The notes beneath the pieces are model-generated. The model saw nothing but the letters and a program-made list of their open reading frames with translations, was not told where the DNA came from and did no database searches. A program made the translations under genes and the position numbers. A DNA stretch of 63,357 nt, filler included. It is 6 parts of 6 records of this genome, joined end to end, with 100 filler letters (N's around TTAATTAATTAA, not from the genome) between each part and the next. Parts side by side here need not be neighbours in the genome. Positions count along the whole stretch, not along the records: positions 25,443 to 39,658 come from SRR20825010_6183; positions 39,759 to 56,011 come from SRR20825010_6184; 4 more parts are not named here. One strand, given 5' to 3'. Positions within the stretch are counted from its first letter, which is position 1; every line of letters begins with the position of its first letter. This document shows positions 39,281-49,680 of this stretch, piece by piece.

Positions 39281-39658
39281 TTACCTTTCATAAGAAATAC
39301 GGTAAATTTTTCCGTCGCTGTCGTCAGACATCAAAAGGGACCCATCCGGTAATTGGGCAAGGCCTACAGGACGACCAAAATAACTTTGGCCACCATTGGT
39401 CAAAAACCCAGTAAGGAAATCTGATTGTGAGACAGGCCTTCCATTCTCAAAAGTAATGCTCATTACTTTATATCCCTTTGGTTCTTTTCGATTCCAAGAA
39501 CCATGGAAGGAGGCAAAGGCCACACTCCGATAGGTCTCCGGAAACATTTTTCCCGTATAAAATTTCAAGTCCATCGGTGCGCTGTGAGCGGCAAAGCCCA
39601 TAACGGGGTCGGTACATTTTGATGCATACGTTTTCCAATCCCCGTTTGGTGGCTGGTC
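39281..39658 (-). CDS. PQQ-dependent sugar/sorbosone dehydrogenase, C-terminal part (5'-truncated)
   Basis: AHSAP, FHGSWNR..P.GYKV, GRPVGL, DGSLLMSDD. Confidence 0.85.
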   Translation of the reverse strand, partial: DQPPNGDWKTYASKCTDPVMGFAAHSAPMDLKFYTGKMFPETYRSVAFASFHGSWNRKEPKGYKVMSITFENGRPVSQSDFLTGFLTNGGQSYFGRPVGLAQLPDGSLLMSDDSDGKIYRISYER

Positions 39659-39758
39659 NNNNNNNNNNNNNNNNNNNNNNNNNNNNNNNNNNNNNNNNNN
39701 NNTTAATTAATTAANNNNNNNNNNNNNNNNNNNNNNNNNNNNNNNNNNNNNNNNNNNN
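39659..39758. other. Artificial contig spacer
   Basis: Same linker. Confidence 0.98.
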
Positions 39759-40019
39759 GCGCTGTACTTCGCCAGTGCTAGAGGAGATCAATGGGCAGAC
39801 CCAAAAGGCGAGTATATATCCATGCAATTGGGATCTCGGGTATATTCTGAAATCTATCAGCAGGAAGTAAGTTTCCCTCTAGCTTTCGAAGAAATCGCTT
39901 CCCCCATAATTCAACCTTTTGCCGGCTATCATATCCGTGACGGCAAGCATAATTTAACCTGGGAGGATTGGAAAAATTTTATAGATTTTGCTGAAATTCA
40001 GTGGAAGCAAATCAGGTAA
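39759..40019 (+). CDS. CE15-like carbohydrate esterase, C-terminal fragment
   Basis: YFASA.GDQWADPKGE and GYHIRDGKH..T..DW. Confidence 0.7.
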   Translation, partial: ALYFASARGDQWADPKGEYISMQLGSRVYSEIYQQEVSFPLAFEEIASPIIQPFAGYHIRDGKHNLTWEDWKNFIDFAEIQWKQIR

Positions 40020-40080
40020 GCACCGGACACCATCTCTTTTTCTAAATAGTAACTTATCTAATCAAACCCATAATTAGCCC

Positions 40081-41082
40081 ATGAAAACCTTACTTTTCAT
40101 TTTATCTCTCTTCAGCTTTTTCCCTAAAACAGAAAAACCGAATGTGAAAATCCTAAGCTCTGGCTTCATCTACGAAGAAGCTCCTTACCCATCCTGCCAT
40201 GCGTCTACTTTAGTGGAGACAGACCGAGGAATAATGGCTTCCTGGTTTGGCGGGAGTTACGAAAGACATCCAGACGTTAGTATTTATACATCTCTTTTAG
40301 ACAAAGGAACTTGGTCTACTCCCAAAATGGTGGCTGACGGAATAGAAAATAAAGACTTCCGAAATCCTACTTGGAACCCGGTTCTATATCAGAACCCAAA
40401 TGGACAACTCGTACTTTTCTACAAGGAAGGTCCAAATCCCAAAGAATGGTGGGGACTATACAAAACTTCAGATAACGGAGGGAAGACCTGGTCTAAAGCC
40501 ATTCAAATTCCCCCAGGAATGCTGGGTCCTGTAAAAAACAAAGCCGTCACTTTGTCGGACGGAACACTGCTACATCCAAGTAGCTTCGAAACAAATGGCA
40601 TATGGAGCATGCATGTGGAAACTACTACCTCTGATATCACAAATTGGAAGAAAATTGAAATCGACAACGGCGCTTTTCATGCAATTCAGCCAACGATATT
40701 AACTTATCCAAATGGAAAACTCCAAATGCTTGCCCGAACTCAAGAAGATGTGATCGGAACGACCTGGTCCTCAGATAATGGTAAAACTTGGTCTACTGTA
40801 GAATCCACAGGATTGGTTCATAACAATTCAGGCATAGACGCAGTCACCTTAAAAAGTGGTGTACAATTATTGCTTTGCAATCCTATTAAAAAAGGCAGAA
40901 ACAAGCTCTCTCTGATGATGTCCATGGACGGAGTAAAGTGGGAAGAGCTATATGTATTAGAAGATCAACCTAAAGGTGAGTTCAGTTACCCAGCTATCAT
41001 TCAGGCGAAGGATGGCTCAGTTCACATGACCTACACTTATAATAGGGAGAAAATAAAATACGTTTCCTTAAACCTGGAATAA
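40081..41082 (+). CDS. BNR/Asp-box sialidase-like protein
   Basis: SCHASTL, SDNGGKTW and SSDNGKTW Asp-boxes, SYPAIIQ; signal peptide. Confidence 0.85.
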   Translation: MKTLLFILSLFSFFPKTEKPNVKILSSGFIYEEAPYPSCHASTLVETDRGIMASWFGGSYERHPDVSIYTSLLDKGTWSTPKMVADGIENKDFRNPTWNPVLYQNPNGQLVLFYKEGPNPKEWWGLYKTSDNGGKTWSKAIQIPPGMLGPVKNKAVTLSDGTLLHPSSFETNGIWSMHVETTTSDITNWKKIEIDNGAFHAIQPTILTYPNGKLQMLARTQEDVIGTTWSSDNGKTWSTVESTGLVHNNSGIDAVTLKSGVQLLLCNPIKKGRNKLSLMMSMDGVKWEELYVLEDQPKGEFSYPAIIQAKDGSVHMTYTYNREKIKYVSLNLE

Positions 41083-41104
41083 CCACTCCTCTTCAAACCT
41101 AGCC

Positions 41105-42031
41105 ATGTCTTTTCCCAAACCCTTGCGCGGAATTATCCCGCCATTGATTACTCCTATTCACGAAGATTTCACGCTTGATCATACCAGTTTGATCAAAATT
41201 CTAGAGCATACTATTTCTGCTGGTGTTCATGGGATCTTTATTCTTGGGACTACGGGAGAGTTTGCTAGTCTAAGCTCCATCGTAAAACATGAGCTGATTT
41301 CTATGACCTGCGCCAAGGTTGATGGCCAAATCCCTGTTCTTGTAGGGATCACTGACTGCTCCTTCAATGAAAGCCTAAATCTAGCAGCAAAAGCCTTGGA
41401 TTCAGGCGCAAGCGCTGTGGTAGCTACGTCGCCATTCTACATGAATATAGGCCAAGAAGAATTGGTTAATTATTACCAAAAACTGGCTGACAGAGTTGAG
41501 TTACCTCTTCTGCTCTATAATATGCCATCCCACACAGGGATGGCTATAGAGCTCAGTTCCGTGGCAATTCTGGCTGAGCACCCCAATATCATTGGCATCA
41601 AAGACAGTTCGGGAGATCTATCGTATTTCGAGTCTTTGTGCGATTTATTTAAAGAAAAACCCGATTTCACCATACTCGTAGGCCCCGAAGAATATCTGGT
41701 AGAAACGATGAATATGGGCGGGCATGGCGCTGTAGCTGGAGGAGCCAATTTATTCCCGGAGTTGTATGTCAAGCTTTATGAAGCCATTCTGGCAAAAAAC
41801 TATGAACAGGTTGAAGCGCTACAGGTGACAGTTTTATTTCTGAGTAAGAATCTATACGGTCATGGCACCTACAAATCGAATTACCTTAAAGGACTCAAGG
41901 CTTCCATGTCATTTTCAGGATTGTGCAAGGGCATTTTAGCTTTGCCACTTTTTCCATATAGTGAGGACGAAAAAACAAGTCTCAAAGATAAATATGATGC
42001 GGTCTTAGCGAGAGTGACTTCAGTACTTTAA
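41105..42031 (+). CDS. Dihydrodipicolinate synthase / N-acetylneuraminate lyase family aldolase
   Basis: LGTTGE, LYNMP, GIKDSSG. Confidence 0.9.
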   Translation: MSFPKPLRGIIPPLITPIHEDFTLDHTSLIKILEHTISAGVHGIFILGTTGEFASLSSIVKHELISMTCAKVDGQIPVLVGITDCSFNESLNLAAKALDSGASAVVATSPFYMNIGQEELVNYYQKLADRVELPLLLYNMPSHTGMAIELSSVAILAEHPNIIGIKDSSGDLSYFESLCDLFKEKPDFTILVGPEEYLVETMNMGGHGAVAGGANLFPELYVKLYEAILAKNYEQVEALQVTVLFLSKNLYGHGTYKSNYLKGLKASMSFSGLCKGILALPLFPYSEDEKTSLKDKYDAVLARVTSVL

Positions 42032-42487
42032 TTAGCTTTCAAAGCCCGGTTTCACCATTTCCCAAAACTCATCCAAGGCTATAATCCTTGGTTTGAGAAA
42101 GGAAATAATTTCTGGCCAATCCATCTCATCCATCACATTCACTGCTGGCAATATTTTCTCTATCCTAGAGACCGTCTGCCCAAATTCATTGATCTGATGT
42201 AGTTTCCAGCTCCATTCCTCTCCTAGAGTTGACTCCAATATCTTCCGAAGTTGCCCAAATTGATCAAAGTACAGTTCCTGCAACTCTTCATCGGGATGAC
42301 CTAATTCAATTCCTATAGAAGCAAAGTCACGCTCGGCCTTCATCCTAAAATAAATGTTTCGAACTCCCGTCTTGTAGTTAGGCCAATTTATCCTTCTTCC
42401 CTCTGCATTCGGAATTGGCTTCATGTATTGCCCGAAAGCAATCCAAAACTCCGAACGGATTCTCGATGTTTCAGCTTTGCTGTACAA
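42032..42487 (-). CDS. DUF4268-like protein
   Basis: EFWIAFG..NWPNYKTG..ALDEFW pattern. Confidence 0.7.
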   Translation of the reverse strand: MYSKAETSRIRSEFWIAFGQYMKPIPNAEGRRINWPNYKTGVRNIYFRMKAERDFASIGIELGHPDEELQELYFDQFGQLRKILESTLGEEWSWKLHQINEFGQTVSRIEKILPAVNVMDEMDWPEIISFLKPRIIALDEFWEMVKPGFES

Positions 42488-42489
42488 GA

Positions 42490-43353
42490 CTAATAGGTGG
42501 TATGACTGTCGCTTGGTAGGACAAGAATAATCTCCCCAGAAGTTGCATTCGCATCTTCCAGCTTGTCAATCTGATCTTGAGTCACCATGTGAATATTGAA
42601 AATCTTAATAGCAGGAAACTCCTTTTTCAGGTACCAAAGTATCCCCTCTCCATCTTTGGAATGATAAGATCCATTGATATGATAAACCTTCTTACCCTTG
42701 GACAGAGGTTCAAAAAGTGACTCGGCCATGGTTGCGTCTTTCAATGCCTGCGCTTGAATCATCAAATCTGGATTCCCTGGCGCACCATGCATCATATCCT
42801 TCATCGCCACATATCCTGGCATGCTCATATCCACTTCCATTGGGAGCTTCGCAAAGTACCTTTTAGCCTCTGGTGAAAGAGAATCCAAACCTGCTAAGCC
42901 TGCCTTACTGACAAGAGAAGCATATTTCCGCGGAACATTCGTTGCTATAAATCTCAGTCCTTTCTCTTTCGCGTAGCGCAACACAGGACGGTAATCAGTA
43001 TTATAATTCTTCCAAAGATTAGCTTCTGCTTCGAAGTTACTTTCTGTTATTTGACCGGCAAACCATTGGTCCAAGTTCAGCTGATCTTCACGCTCAAAAA
43101 TCTCTGACCCCACGACAAGATCTGAGTGTTCCGTCTGCAATCCTTTCAGTACTTGCAACTGCAACCAATGACCCACGCTGTTATTATGAAGTTCTCCGAA
43201 GAAAACAGCATCTGCTTTTGCCGCTTCTTTCAGCACTTGTTGGAGATCTACTTTTTTGCCTTTGCTAGTAAAAAACTGATAGGCTTCTCCTTGTGCTTTA
43301 AGTGTTCCTATAGAACACAGCACCAGTAGGACAGCCAAGAAATAATTACGCAT
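42490..43353 (-). CDS. ChaN-like (DUF399) putative heme/iron uptake protein
   Basis: FFGELHNN, EIFER, ATNVPR, QALKDATMA, NGSYHS. Confidence 0.8.
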   Translation of the reverse strand: MRNYFLAVLLVLCSIGTLKAQGEAYQFFTSKGKKVDLQQVLKEAAKADAVFFGELHNNSVGHWLQLQVLKGLQTEHSDLVVGSEIFEREDQLNLDQWFAGQITESNFEAEANLWKNYNTDYRPVLRYAKEKGLRFIATNVPRKYASLVSKAGLAGLDSLSPEAKRYFAKLPMEVDMSMPGYVAMKDMMHGAPGNPDLMIQAQALKDATMAESLFEPLSKGKKVYHINGSYHSKDGEGILWYLKKEFPAIKIFNIHMVTQDQIDKLEDANATSGEIILVLPSDSHTTY

Positions 43354-43711
43354 AATCTTCAGGATATTGAATTTGCACGGAGGAGAAACTTACTAACCCA
43401 CCGAGTGCGGGGTGATGCTTTTTGAGCGTTAATCTAATTTTGGTGGTTTTGGGATATGCTTCCAGAATATCTGTCACGATCATATGGCCTAGATGCTCCA
43501 GGAGCTTCACCTTTACATCCATTCTGGCTTTGATCAGTTTGTACAACTTGGAATAATCCACCGTCGCACTGAGATCATCATGAAGCATCGCCTGGCGAAA
43601 ATTTGTTTCCAGTTCAAGATCCAACGTGAAGCGATTCCCTAAGACAGATTCCTCTGGATAGGCACCGTGATACGCATGAAATTCAATCCCTTCGAGACTC
43701 ACTTTTCCCAT
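43346..43711 (-). CDS. folB: Dihydroneopterin aldolase
   Basis: FHAYHG..EE..GNRF, DDLSATVDY, LLE. Confidence 0.93.
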   Translation of the reverse strand: MGKVSLEGIEFHAYHGAYPEESVLGNRFTLDLELETNFRQAMLHDDLSATVDYSKLYKLIKARMDVKVKLLEHLGHMIVTDILEAYPKTTKIRLTLKKHHPALGGLVSFSSVQIQYPEDYA

Positions 43712-44670
43712 TAGTCAAATTGGTCAAAAAATGATCCCGATTGGTTCTTCGGATCTTCCGTAGGTTTTTGAGGGGAAGCTTGCGGCTTTAATTCCTCCAC
43801 AATTGGCTTTTGCTTCACCTCTTCCAATTCTTCTATATCCTCCTCAAGAGCCTCATCTTCCAGTTGCATCTTGGTGTCTTCTAATTCTAGCTCCTCTATT
43901 TCCTCTTCATTGATTTCCATTTCCAAATCAGGCGTAGAATCATGCTCTTCAAGTTCTAAGTCCTCTTCGATAACTTCCATCTCAGCCATTGGATTCTCTT
44001 CGATTTCCTCCTCTATTATCTCTTCTTCATATCCAAGATTCTCCAAATTGCCAAAAGTAAAAGTCTGAGATCTACTCAATTCATCTATAGCACGCGCATG
44101 TGCTTTGGCATCTATTCTGGAAAAATGCGCTTCTGAAAGATCGATTTGATTGGCGGTATCCTGTGCAATTCTTCTCAGGCTTTTCACCATAGATTCTCTT
44201 TGCTCAGCTAGCCCTTCATACGAACGCACCAAGCCCTGCATGCTTTCTCGCAACTCTACGATAGTTTCTTTTGCTTTGGTCTCAGCAGCATTTATAAGTG
44301 CTGCAGCCTGCTCTTCGGTCTGTCTTCTAGAATCGGCTACCATCTGGTCTAAATGTCTGGTAGCATTTGCTGCGATCTCATTTGCATCTGCGATGATCAA
44401 ATCAGCCGCTTCGTTAGCTTCCACAATGATCGCTGCACCAGTATCCTCTGCTGTTTTCAGTGTACGGAAAAGTGAGTCCTCCACATCCTTCAAGCGCTTT
44501 GCCTCCGCTTCTGTATTTTGAAGCTTAGTCTTAAGCTCCATATTTTCTTTGTGAAGCTGATCGACTACTTCAGAGATTTCATCCAAAAATAGGGTAACTT
44601 CTTTTTTCTCATATCCTCTGAATCCAACTTCAAAGGTTTTTTGCCGAATGGCTGCTGGTGTGATCTTCAT
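43711..44670 (-). CDS. DivIVA domain protein
   Basis: ITP..I.QK.F..GFRGY...EV..FL N-terminus, coiled coil, acidic tail. Confidence 0.85.
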   Translation of the reverse strand: MKITPAAIRQKTFEVGFRGYEKKEVTLFLDEISEVVDQLHKENMELKTKLQNTEAEAKRLKDVEDSLFRTLKTAEDTGAAIIVEANEAADLIIADANEIAANATRHLDQMVADSRRQTEEQAAALINAAETKAKETIVELRESMQGLVRSYEGLAEQRESMVKSLRRIAQDTANQIDLSEAHFSRIDAKAHARAIDELSRSQTFTFGNLENLGYEEEIIEEEIEENPMAEMEVIEEDLELEEHDSTPDLEMEINEEEIEELELEDTKMQLEDEALEEDIEELEEVKQKPIVEELKPQASPQKPTEDPKNQSGSFFDQFD

Positions 44671-44673
44671 GTG

Positions 44674-45588
44674 TTAATTCGCTTCAATTTGCCAAATAGA
44701 AATAGTACGGTCGTCTGACACGGAAATAACGTTGCCTTGATAGCTACTCCAAATTACCTTGTTAATTGAAGTACCGTGGCCTGCATTTCTTGCTTTGTCG
44801 ATGACCTTGAGGAGTTTTTTCTCACCTGCATCCCAAATCTTTATCGATTTGTCCATAGAGCAGGTGACTAGGAGATTCCCGTCCTCCTTGAAATATAAAT
44901 AATTAATGGCATACATATGTGCCACAATGTTCTCTTGTAAGGAATAGCTATCAGTTTCCCAAAATTTTAATCGTGCATCCCTTCCAGCGCTCACCAAAAT
45001 TGATTCATCTGGGGAATAAGAAAGTGCGAAAACTGAGTTGGTATGTCCAGTCAAATTGGCAACAGGATGAAAATCGTTTGATAAATCAAGAACCTTCACG
45101 GTATGATCACTCAAGCCCACAGCCAGCTGACGTTTGTCTTTAGCCAAAGACATAACTCGAATACTCTTCGTGCTCAGCTTGATATGTTTTTTAATCGTTT
45201 TGGAATTGATATCCACCACGATCAATACCCCATCTCCTGTACCAATATAGGCTTCATCGCCGAATATTTTGATATCAAAGATCGCCTGATCAGTCAACTT
45301 AAGTGACCACACTTCCTTGCTTTCATTCAGGTCGATGACATGGATGCCTTCAAAATTATGCCCGATAAAAAGCAGGTTTCTGCTAAAATCTACCGACAAG
45401 GCATACACTGAGTGCGGAAGTCTGGCGATCAACTTACCATCTTTGGGATGATCTAAATCCCACTCCACCACCATTCCATCTCCGGCTCCGGTATAAAAAT
45501 ATCTGGGATCACAACCTTCAGTCAACGCATAAATGCAGTCATTGTGCCCTGTTAGTGTTTGTAATTTATTAACTTCTATTTTTGACAT
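44674..45588 (-). CDS. WD40 repeat protein
   Basis: GH..WD/WE repeats (LTGHND, LTGHTN, DKSIKIWD). Confidence 0.9.
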   Translation of the reverse strand: MSKIEVNKLQTLTGHNDCIYALTEGCDPRYFYTGAGDGMVVEWDLDHPKDGKLIARLPHSVYALSVDFSRNLLFIGHNFEGIHVIDLNESKEVWSLKLTDQAIFDIKIFGDEAYIGTGDGVLIVVDINSKTIKKHIKLSTKSIRVMSLAKDKRQLAVGLSDHTVKVLDLSNDFHPVANLTGHTNSVFALSYSPDESILVSAGRDARLKFWETDSYSLQENIVAHMYAINYLYFKEDGNLLVTCSMDKSIKIWDAGEKKLLKVIDKARNAGHGTSINKVIWSSYQGNVISVSDDRTISIWQIEAN

Positions 45589-45623
45589 ATATTGGACGGA
45601 GACTTTCGGTGCCCTTCTGGCCT

Positions 45624-46253
45624 ATGCAAACAAAAATAGAAAAAATAGATTCTTCCTCGGCTTTAGCTATCAAGATTATCGAAACTCAGGATGAAAATGA
45701 GCTGGATTTCCTGAGCTTTCGTGAAAAACTATCCTACGCCAATATTTCTCATCAGGAAAAAAAGCGAGAATGGGCTACTGCCCGCATGGCAATCCGGGAT
45801 GCTTTGGATGTATTGCACGTTCCTTATCCAGGTTTTTTCAAAGATGAACATGGTAAATCTCAAACGATGAACGGGCATGGCTACATGTCACTATCGCACA
45901 CGATGGGCTATGCAGGGGCAATTTATCATCGCGACAATCCAGTCGGAATAGATATGGACTTGATCAGGGAAAAAATACTGAGAATTGGATTCCGGTTTCT
46001 GGACCAGTCAGAATTAGATTTTCTAGCAAAAGACCCACTTGATTACACGATGGCTTGGTCGGCAAAAGAATCTATCTTTAAGTGTCAGGGAAAAAGAGGC
46101 GTATCCTTCAGAGAGAACATCCTTTTAGAACCATTTGACTCGAAGACTGGAATCATCAAAGGTAAGATCCGAGGTACGGACTTTACGGATCATCATTACA
46201 CAGTACAAGTTCGGGTGATCTCGGATGTTGTGCTCACTTACACTATCTGGTAA
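45624..46253 (+). CDS. 4'-phosphopantetheinyl transferase family protein
   Basis: SLSHT, VGIDMD, WSAKESIFK; likely start ATG 45624. Confidence 0.88.
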   Translation: MQTKIEKIDSSSALAIKIIETQDENELDFLSFREKLSYANISHQEKKREWATARMAIRDALDVLHVPYPGFFKDEHGKSQTMNGHGYMSLSHTMGYAGAIYHRDNPVGIDMDLIREKILRIGFRFLDQSELDFLAKDPLDYTMAWSAKESIFKCQGKRGVSFRENILLEPFDSKTGIIKGKIRGTDFTDHHYTVQVRVISDVVLTYTIW

Positions 46254-46832
46254 ATGAAAAAATTAAGCTTAGTATTCCTCTTTCTGCTTTTCACTTCTGT
46301 ATCTCTTTCAGCTCAAGGTCTAGAAGGAATAAATCTAACTGATGCAGTCACGGGCAAAGCCATCAATATTCAGTCTCAGGTGAAAGGCAAAGGCTTAGTA
46401 CTGATCTTCCATAGTTTGGCATGTCCTTTTGCCAAACTATATGAAGCTCGATTGATTGCTTTGCGCAGCAAATACCAAAGTCAAGGTTTTACTTTTATAC
46501 TTGTGAATCCTGAGGTCAGCGGGAGTGAAGAAGATAAAACCACGCTCCGAAACTACATTGATCAATCGGACATCAATATGCCCTACTTGATAGATGAAAA
46601 TCAAACGCTCAGCAAATTCTACAAAATCACCAAAATCCCTGAAGTAGTTCTGATTACTCCTGGTTCGACTGGAAACACAATTAGCTATAGGGGTGCAATT
46701 GATAATAATCCTCAGGCCGAAACTGCCGTATCCGCAAAACATCTAGACAGGGCTATGGACTCTTTACTGAAAGGCGAAGCGCCAAGTCCAGGGCAAGCTA
46801 GAGCTGTAGGCTGTAACCTACGTACCTATTAA
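46254..46832 (+). CDS. Thioredoxin-like / AhpC-TSA family protein, exported
   Basis: ACPFA, PYLIDE, YRGAIDN, AVGC. Confidence 0.8.
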   Translation: MKKLSLVFLFLLFTSVSLSAQGLEGINLTDAVTGKAINIQSQVKGKGLVLIFHSLACPFAKLYEARLIALRSKYQSQGFTFILVNPEVSGSEEDKTTLRNYIDQSDINMPYLIDENQTLSKFYKITKIPEVVLITPGSTGNTISYRGAIDNNPQAETAVSAKHLDRAMDSLLKGEAPSPGQARAVGCNLRTY

Positions 46833-47671
46833 GAATTTAACAGATTGATAAGCTCCTGAATTTCTTGCACTTTATCGGATTCCCCTAGTTTCTCGAAGGA
46901 GTTTTCCAGATTCCTAAACATCCGCAGCATAATCTGAAGATGAGCACATGGCTCAAAGTAATCCTCCTTGGGATCGATCTTCAGTTGCTCCAAGTAGTTA
47001 AAAATATCTTTTCTACTGAATATCAAACCCTTATTAAAAGCATTGATGTAGAAAGTGACATCGGCTGATTTATAGGTAAGTACAAAGAGATTTGGAAGAT
47101 TCACACCGTAAATCGGCAACCCAAGTTTTTTCGCTACGAGCAAATAAATAGAACATAATGTCAGTGGATTTCCACGCTTGGAATCCAGCACAGACGAGAG
47201 CATGCTATTAGCCGGAGAATGAAAATTCTTGGTATTTGCAGAGAATCGAAGCGTATTATACAAGACATTGTTGATGGCCCGCACCTGCTCGTAGGGAGTC
47301 AAATCATTTTTGAAAGCAGTCCATACATCGAAGTAAATCTGATGCATTTCAGCATTCAGTTTGGAGTATTCCAAATCTGGATATTGGTAGGTATTGATGA
47401 TCCATAGCCCCGTGAGCAGGTCTCGGTCATCCGTATCTCTCCAGTCTGTCAATCGTGCTTTGAGAAGAGAAAACTGGAGCTCGTGCACCAGATCCTCTAT
47501 CTCTTTTTGTATATCAGGGTTAAAGCTATTTTCCCACTTTTTCTCCAGAAACGGAATAATCTCATTTCCAAGAGAAGTAATCCGGTCCCGCACGTGAATT
47601 CTCACTTCGCGATCGGTATCGTCCAATAAGGAAACTAAGGCATTTAATTCACTGGGAGTCAAATCACTCAT
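46829..47671 (-). CDS. SirB1/transglutaminase-like protein
   Basis: ALVSLLDD, VLDSKRGNP..L, GVNLP..F. Confidence 0.8.
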   Translation of the reverse strand: MSDLTPSELNALVSLLDDTDREVRIHVRDRITSLGNEIIPFLEKKWENSFNPDIQKEIEDLVHELQFSLLKARLTDWRDTDDRDLLTGLWIINTYQYPDLEYSKLNAEMHQIYFDVWTAFKNDLTPYEQVRAINNVLYNTLRFSANTKNFHSPANSMLSSVLDSKRGNPLTLCSIYLLVAKKLGLPIYGVNLPNLFVLTYKSADVTFYINAFNKGLIFSRKDIFNYLEQLKIDPKEDYFEPCAHLQIMLRMFRNLENSFEKLGESDKVQEIQELINLLNS

Positions 47672-47727
47672 TGTTAAAACCTAGGGATATTGAATTAAAA
47701 CTATAAAATAAGATACTAAAAAATATC

Positions 47728-49356
47728 TTAAGTCTGAATCACACCTACGTTGAATCTTTCTGTAATGGGTGCATGATTCGCAGCTTCTATGCCCATGCTG
47801 ATCACTTTTCTGGTCTCCCGAGGATCAATCACGCCATCTACCCAAAGTCTGGATGCCGCATAGTAAGGGCTCAATTCCTCGTTGTATTTTGAAGTGATTT
47901 CGTCTAGCAATTCCTTTTCATCTTCAGGAGATATTTCCAGACCTTTCTTCTTCAATCCAGCAACCTTGATTTGCAAAAGCGTATTTGCTGCTGCTGCTCC
48001 AGACATCACTGCCATCTGAGCTGTAGGCCAAGAGTAAATCAATCGAGGATCATAGGCTTTTCCGCACATCGCATAGTTTCCTGCTCCGTATGAATTACCT
48101 AGAAGAAAAGTGAATTTCGGTACCACTGAATTCGCCATGGTGTTTACCATTTTCGCTCCATCCTTGATGATGCCTCCATGCTCAGCTTTGCTGCCCACCA
48201 TAAATCCACTTACGTCCTGAAGGAAAACTAAAGGGATTTTGCGCTGATTGCAATTCATAATAAATCGAGCGGCCTTATCTGCTGAGTCTGAATAAATCAC
48301 CCCTCCCATCTGCATTTCGCCTTTGGAAGTTTTAACGATCTTTCGCTGATTAGCCACTATCCCTACTGCCCAACCATCAACTCTGGCGGTTCCGCAAATC
48401 AGCGTTTTACCATAGTCCTCCTTGTATTCGTCGAAGTCTCCAGCGTCTACTAAACCCTTGATGATTTCAAGCATGTCATACGGCTTAACGCGCTCTGTAG
48501 GAAAGACCTCTACTAGCTTTTCACCCGACATTCCAGGATCTCGAGCTTCTGCTCTATCAAAACCTGCTGTGGGATTGTGCCCTATTTTATCAAAAATCTT
48601 ACGGATCGCATCCAGGCAATCCTGATCTGTATCGTATTTATTATCTGTCACTCCTGAGATTTCGCAGTGCGTAGTTGCTCCACCGAGTGTTTCATTGTCT
48701 ATCGTCTCGCCTATAGCTGACTTCACCAGATAAGAACCTGCCAAGAATATAGATCCCGTCTTATCTACAATCATCGCCTCGTCCGACATAATAGGAAGAT
48801 ATGCCCCTCCTGCCACACAACTACCCATGATCGCAGCAACTTGCACAATCCCCATTGCCGACATTTTTGCATTATTGCGGAATTGACGACCAAAATGCTC
48901 TTTGTCGGGGAAAATCTCATTTTGCATAGGCAGAAAAACTCCTGCGCTATCGACTAAGTAAATCACAGGAATTTGATTCTCCATGGCGATCTCCTGAGCT
49001 CGAAGGTTTTTCTTGGCTGTCATCGGAAACCATGCCCCAGCCTTTACCGTGGCATCGTTGGCAACGATCATACACATTCTTCCGCTCACATAGCCAATAC
49101 CCGTGACTACGCCACCAGAAGGACAACCGCCTTCTTCAGCGTACATTCCATCGGCTACAAATGCGCCAACTTCTAAAAAATCTGTGTCTTTATCACGCAA
49201 ATAGTCTATACGCTCACGTGCAGTGAGCTTGCCTTTCGCATGTTCTTTTTCTATCCTTTTGGCTCCTCCTCCTAGCTTTACCTGCTCATATTTCGCCTGT
49301 AAATTCTGAAGTAAATTTTCCATGCTTGGATTAGAATTTCCGGTAGTTGTGGTCAT
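47728..49356 (-). CDS. Acyl-CoA carboxylase beta subunit (methylcrotonyl-CoA carboxylase-like)
   Basis: GKLTARERI, ANDATVKAG, GSCVAGGAY, GFMVG, GNYAMCG. Confidence 0.92.
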   Translation of the reverse strand: MTTTTGNSNPSMENLLQNLQAKYEQVKLGGGAKRIEKEHAKGKLTARERIDYLRDKDTDFLEVGAFVADGMYAEEGGCPSGGVVTGIGYVSGRMCMIVANDATVKAGAWFPMTAKKNLRAQEIAMENQIPVIYLVDSAGVFLPMQNEIFPDKEHFGRQFRNNAKMSAMGIVQVAAIMGSCVAGGAYLPIMSDEAMIVDKTGSIFLAGSYLVKSAIGETIDNETLGGATTHCEISGVTDNKYDTDQDCLDAIRKIFDKIGHNPTAGFDRAEARDPGMSGEKLVEVFPTERVKPYDMLEIIKGLVDAGDFDEYKEDYGKTLICGTARVDGWAVGIVANQRKIVKTSKGEMQMGGVIYSDSADKAARFIMNCNQRKIPLVFLQDVSGFMVGSKAEHGGIIKDGAKMVNTMANSVVPKFTFLLGNSYGAGNYAMCGKAYDPRLIYSWPTAQMAVMSGAAAANTLLQIKVAGLKKKGLEISPEDEKELLDEITSKYNEELSPYYAASRLWVDGVIDPRETRKVISMGIEAANHAPITERFNVGVIQT

Positions 49357-49625
49357 TAGTCAAATTTGGGTTTAGTCAGTTAAACCATTGCTTTCAGCAA
49401 ATAGTTTATGCCTCTAAGTTAAAAAAGAAAAAGCTAACAGTCGCAGTCCTTAGGCTCACAGTCGCAGTATTCAGTTTCCGAAAAGCAGACTAGAGAGCAT
49501 TTTCATTAACAGGAAAATGCAAGCGGATAGGAGCAAAAACAAGCTAGATTAAATATCATTTTCCAGCTTCTGGAGAAGCAGGACAACTGTATTCATTTGT
49601 GCCCACCGCGGTGAAAGCAATCCAT

Positions 49626-49657
49626 AAAAAAGCCCTCTTCCGATACAGAAAAGGGCT
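49626..49657 (-). terminator. Terminator downstream of the amidase gene
   Basis: AGCCCTCTTC...GAAAAGGGCT hairpin with an A-run (U-run on the minus strand). Confidence 0.6.
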
Positions 49658-49680
49658 AAGTATTATGCGAAAACTAGAAA

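Noticed and set aside
49437-49468. Direct repeat ACAGTCGCAGT, two copies
   Set aside because: Two 11-nt copies with a 10-nt gap are too short for a CRISPR array. I noticed no CRISPR array or cas gene in the window.
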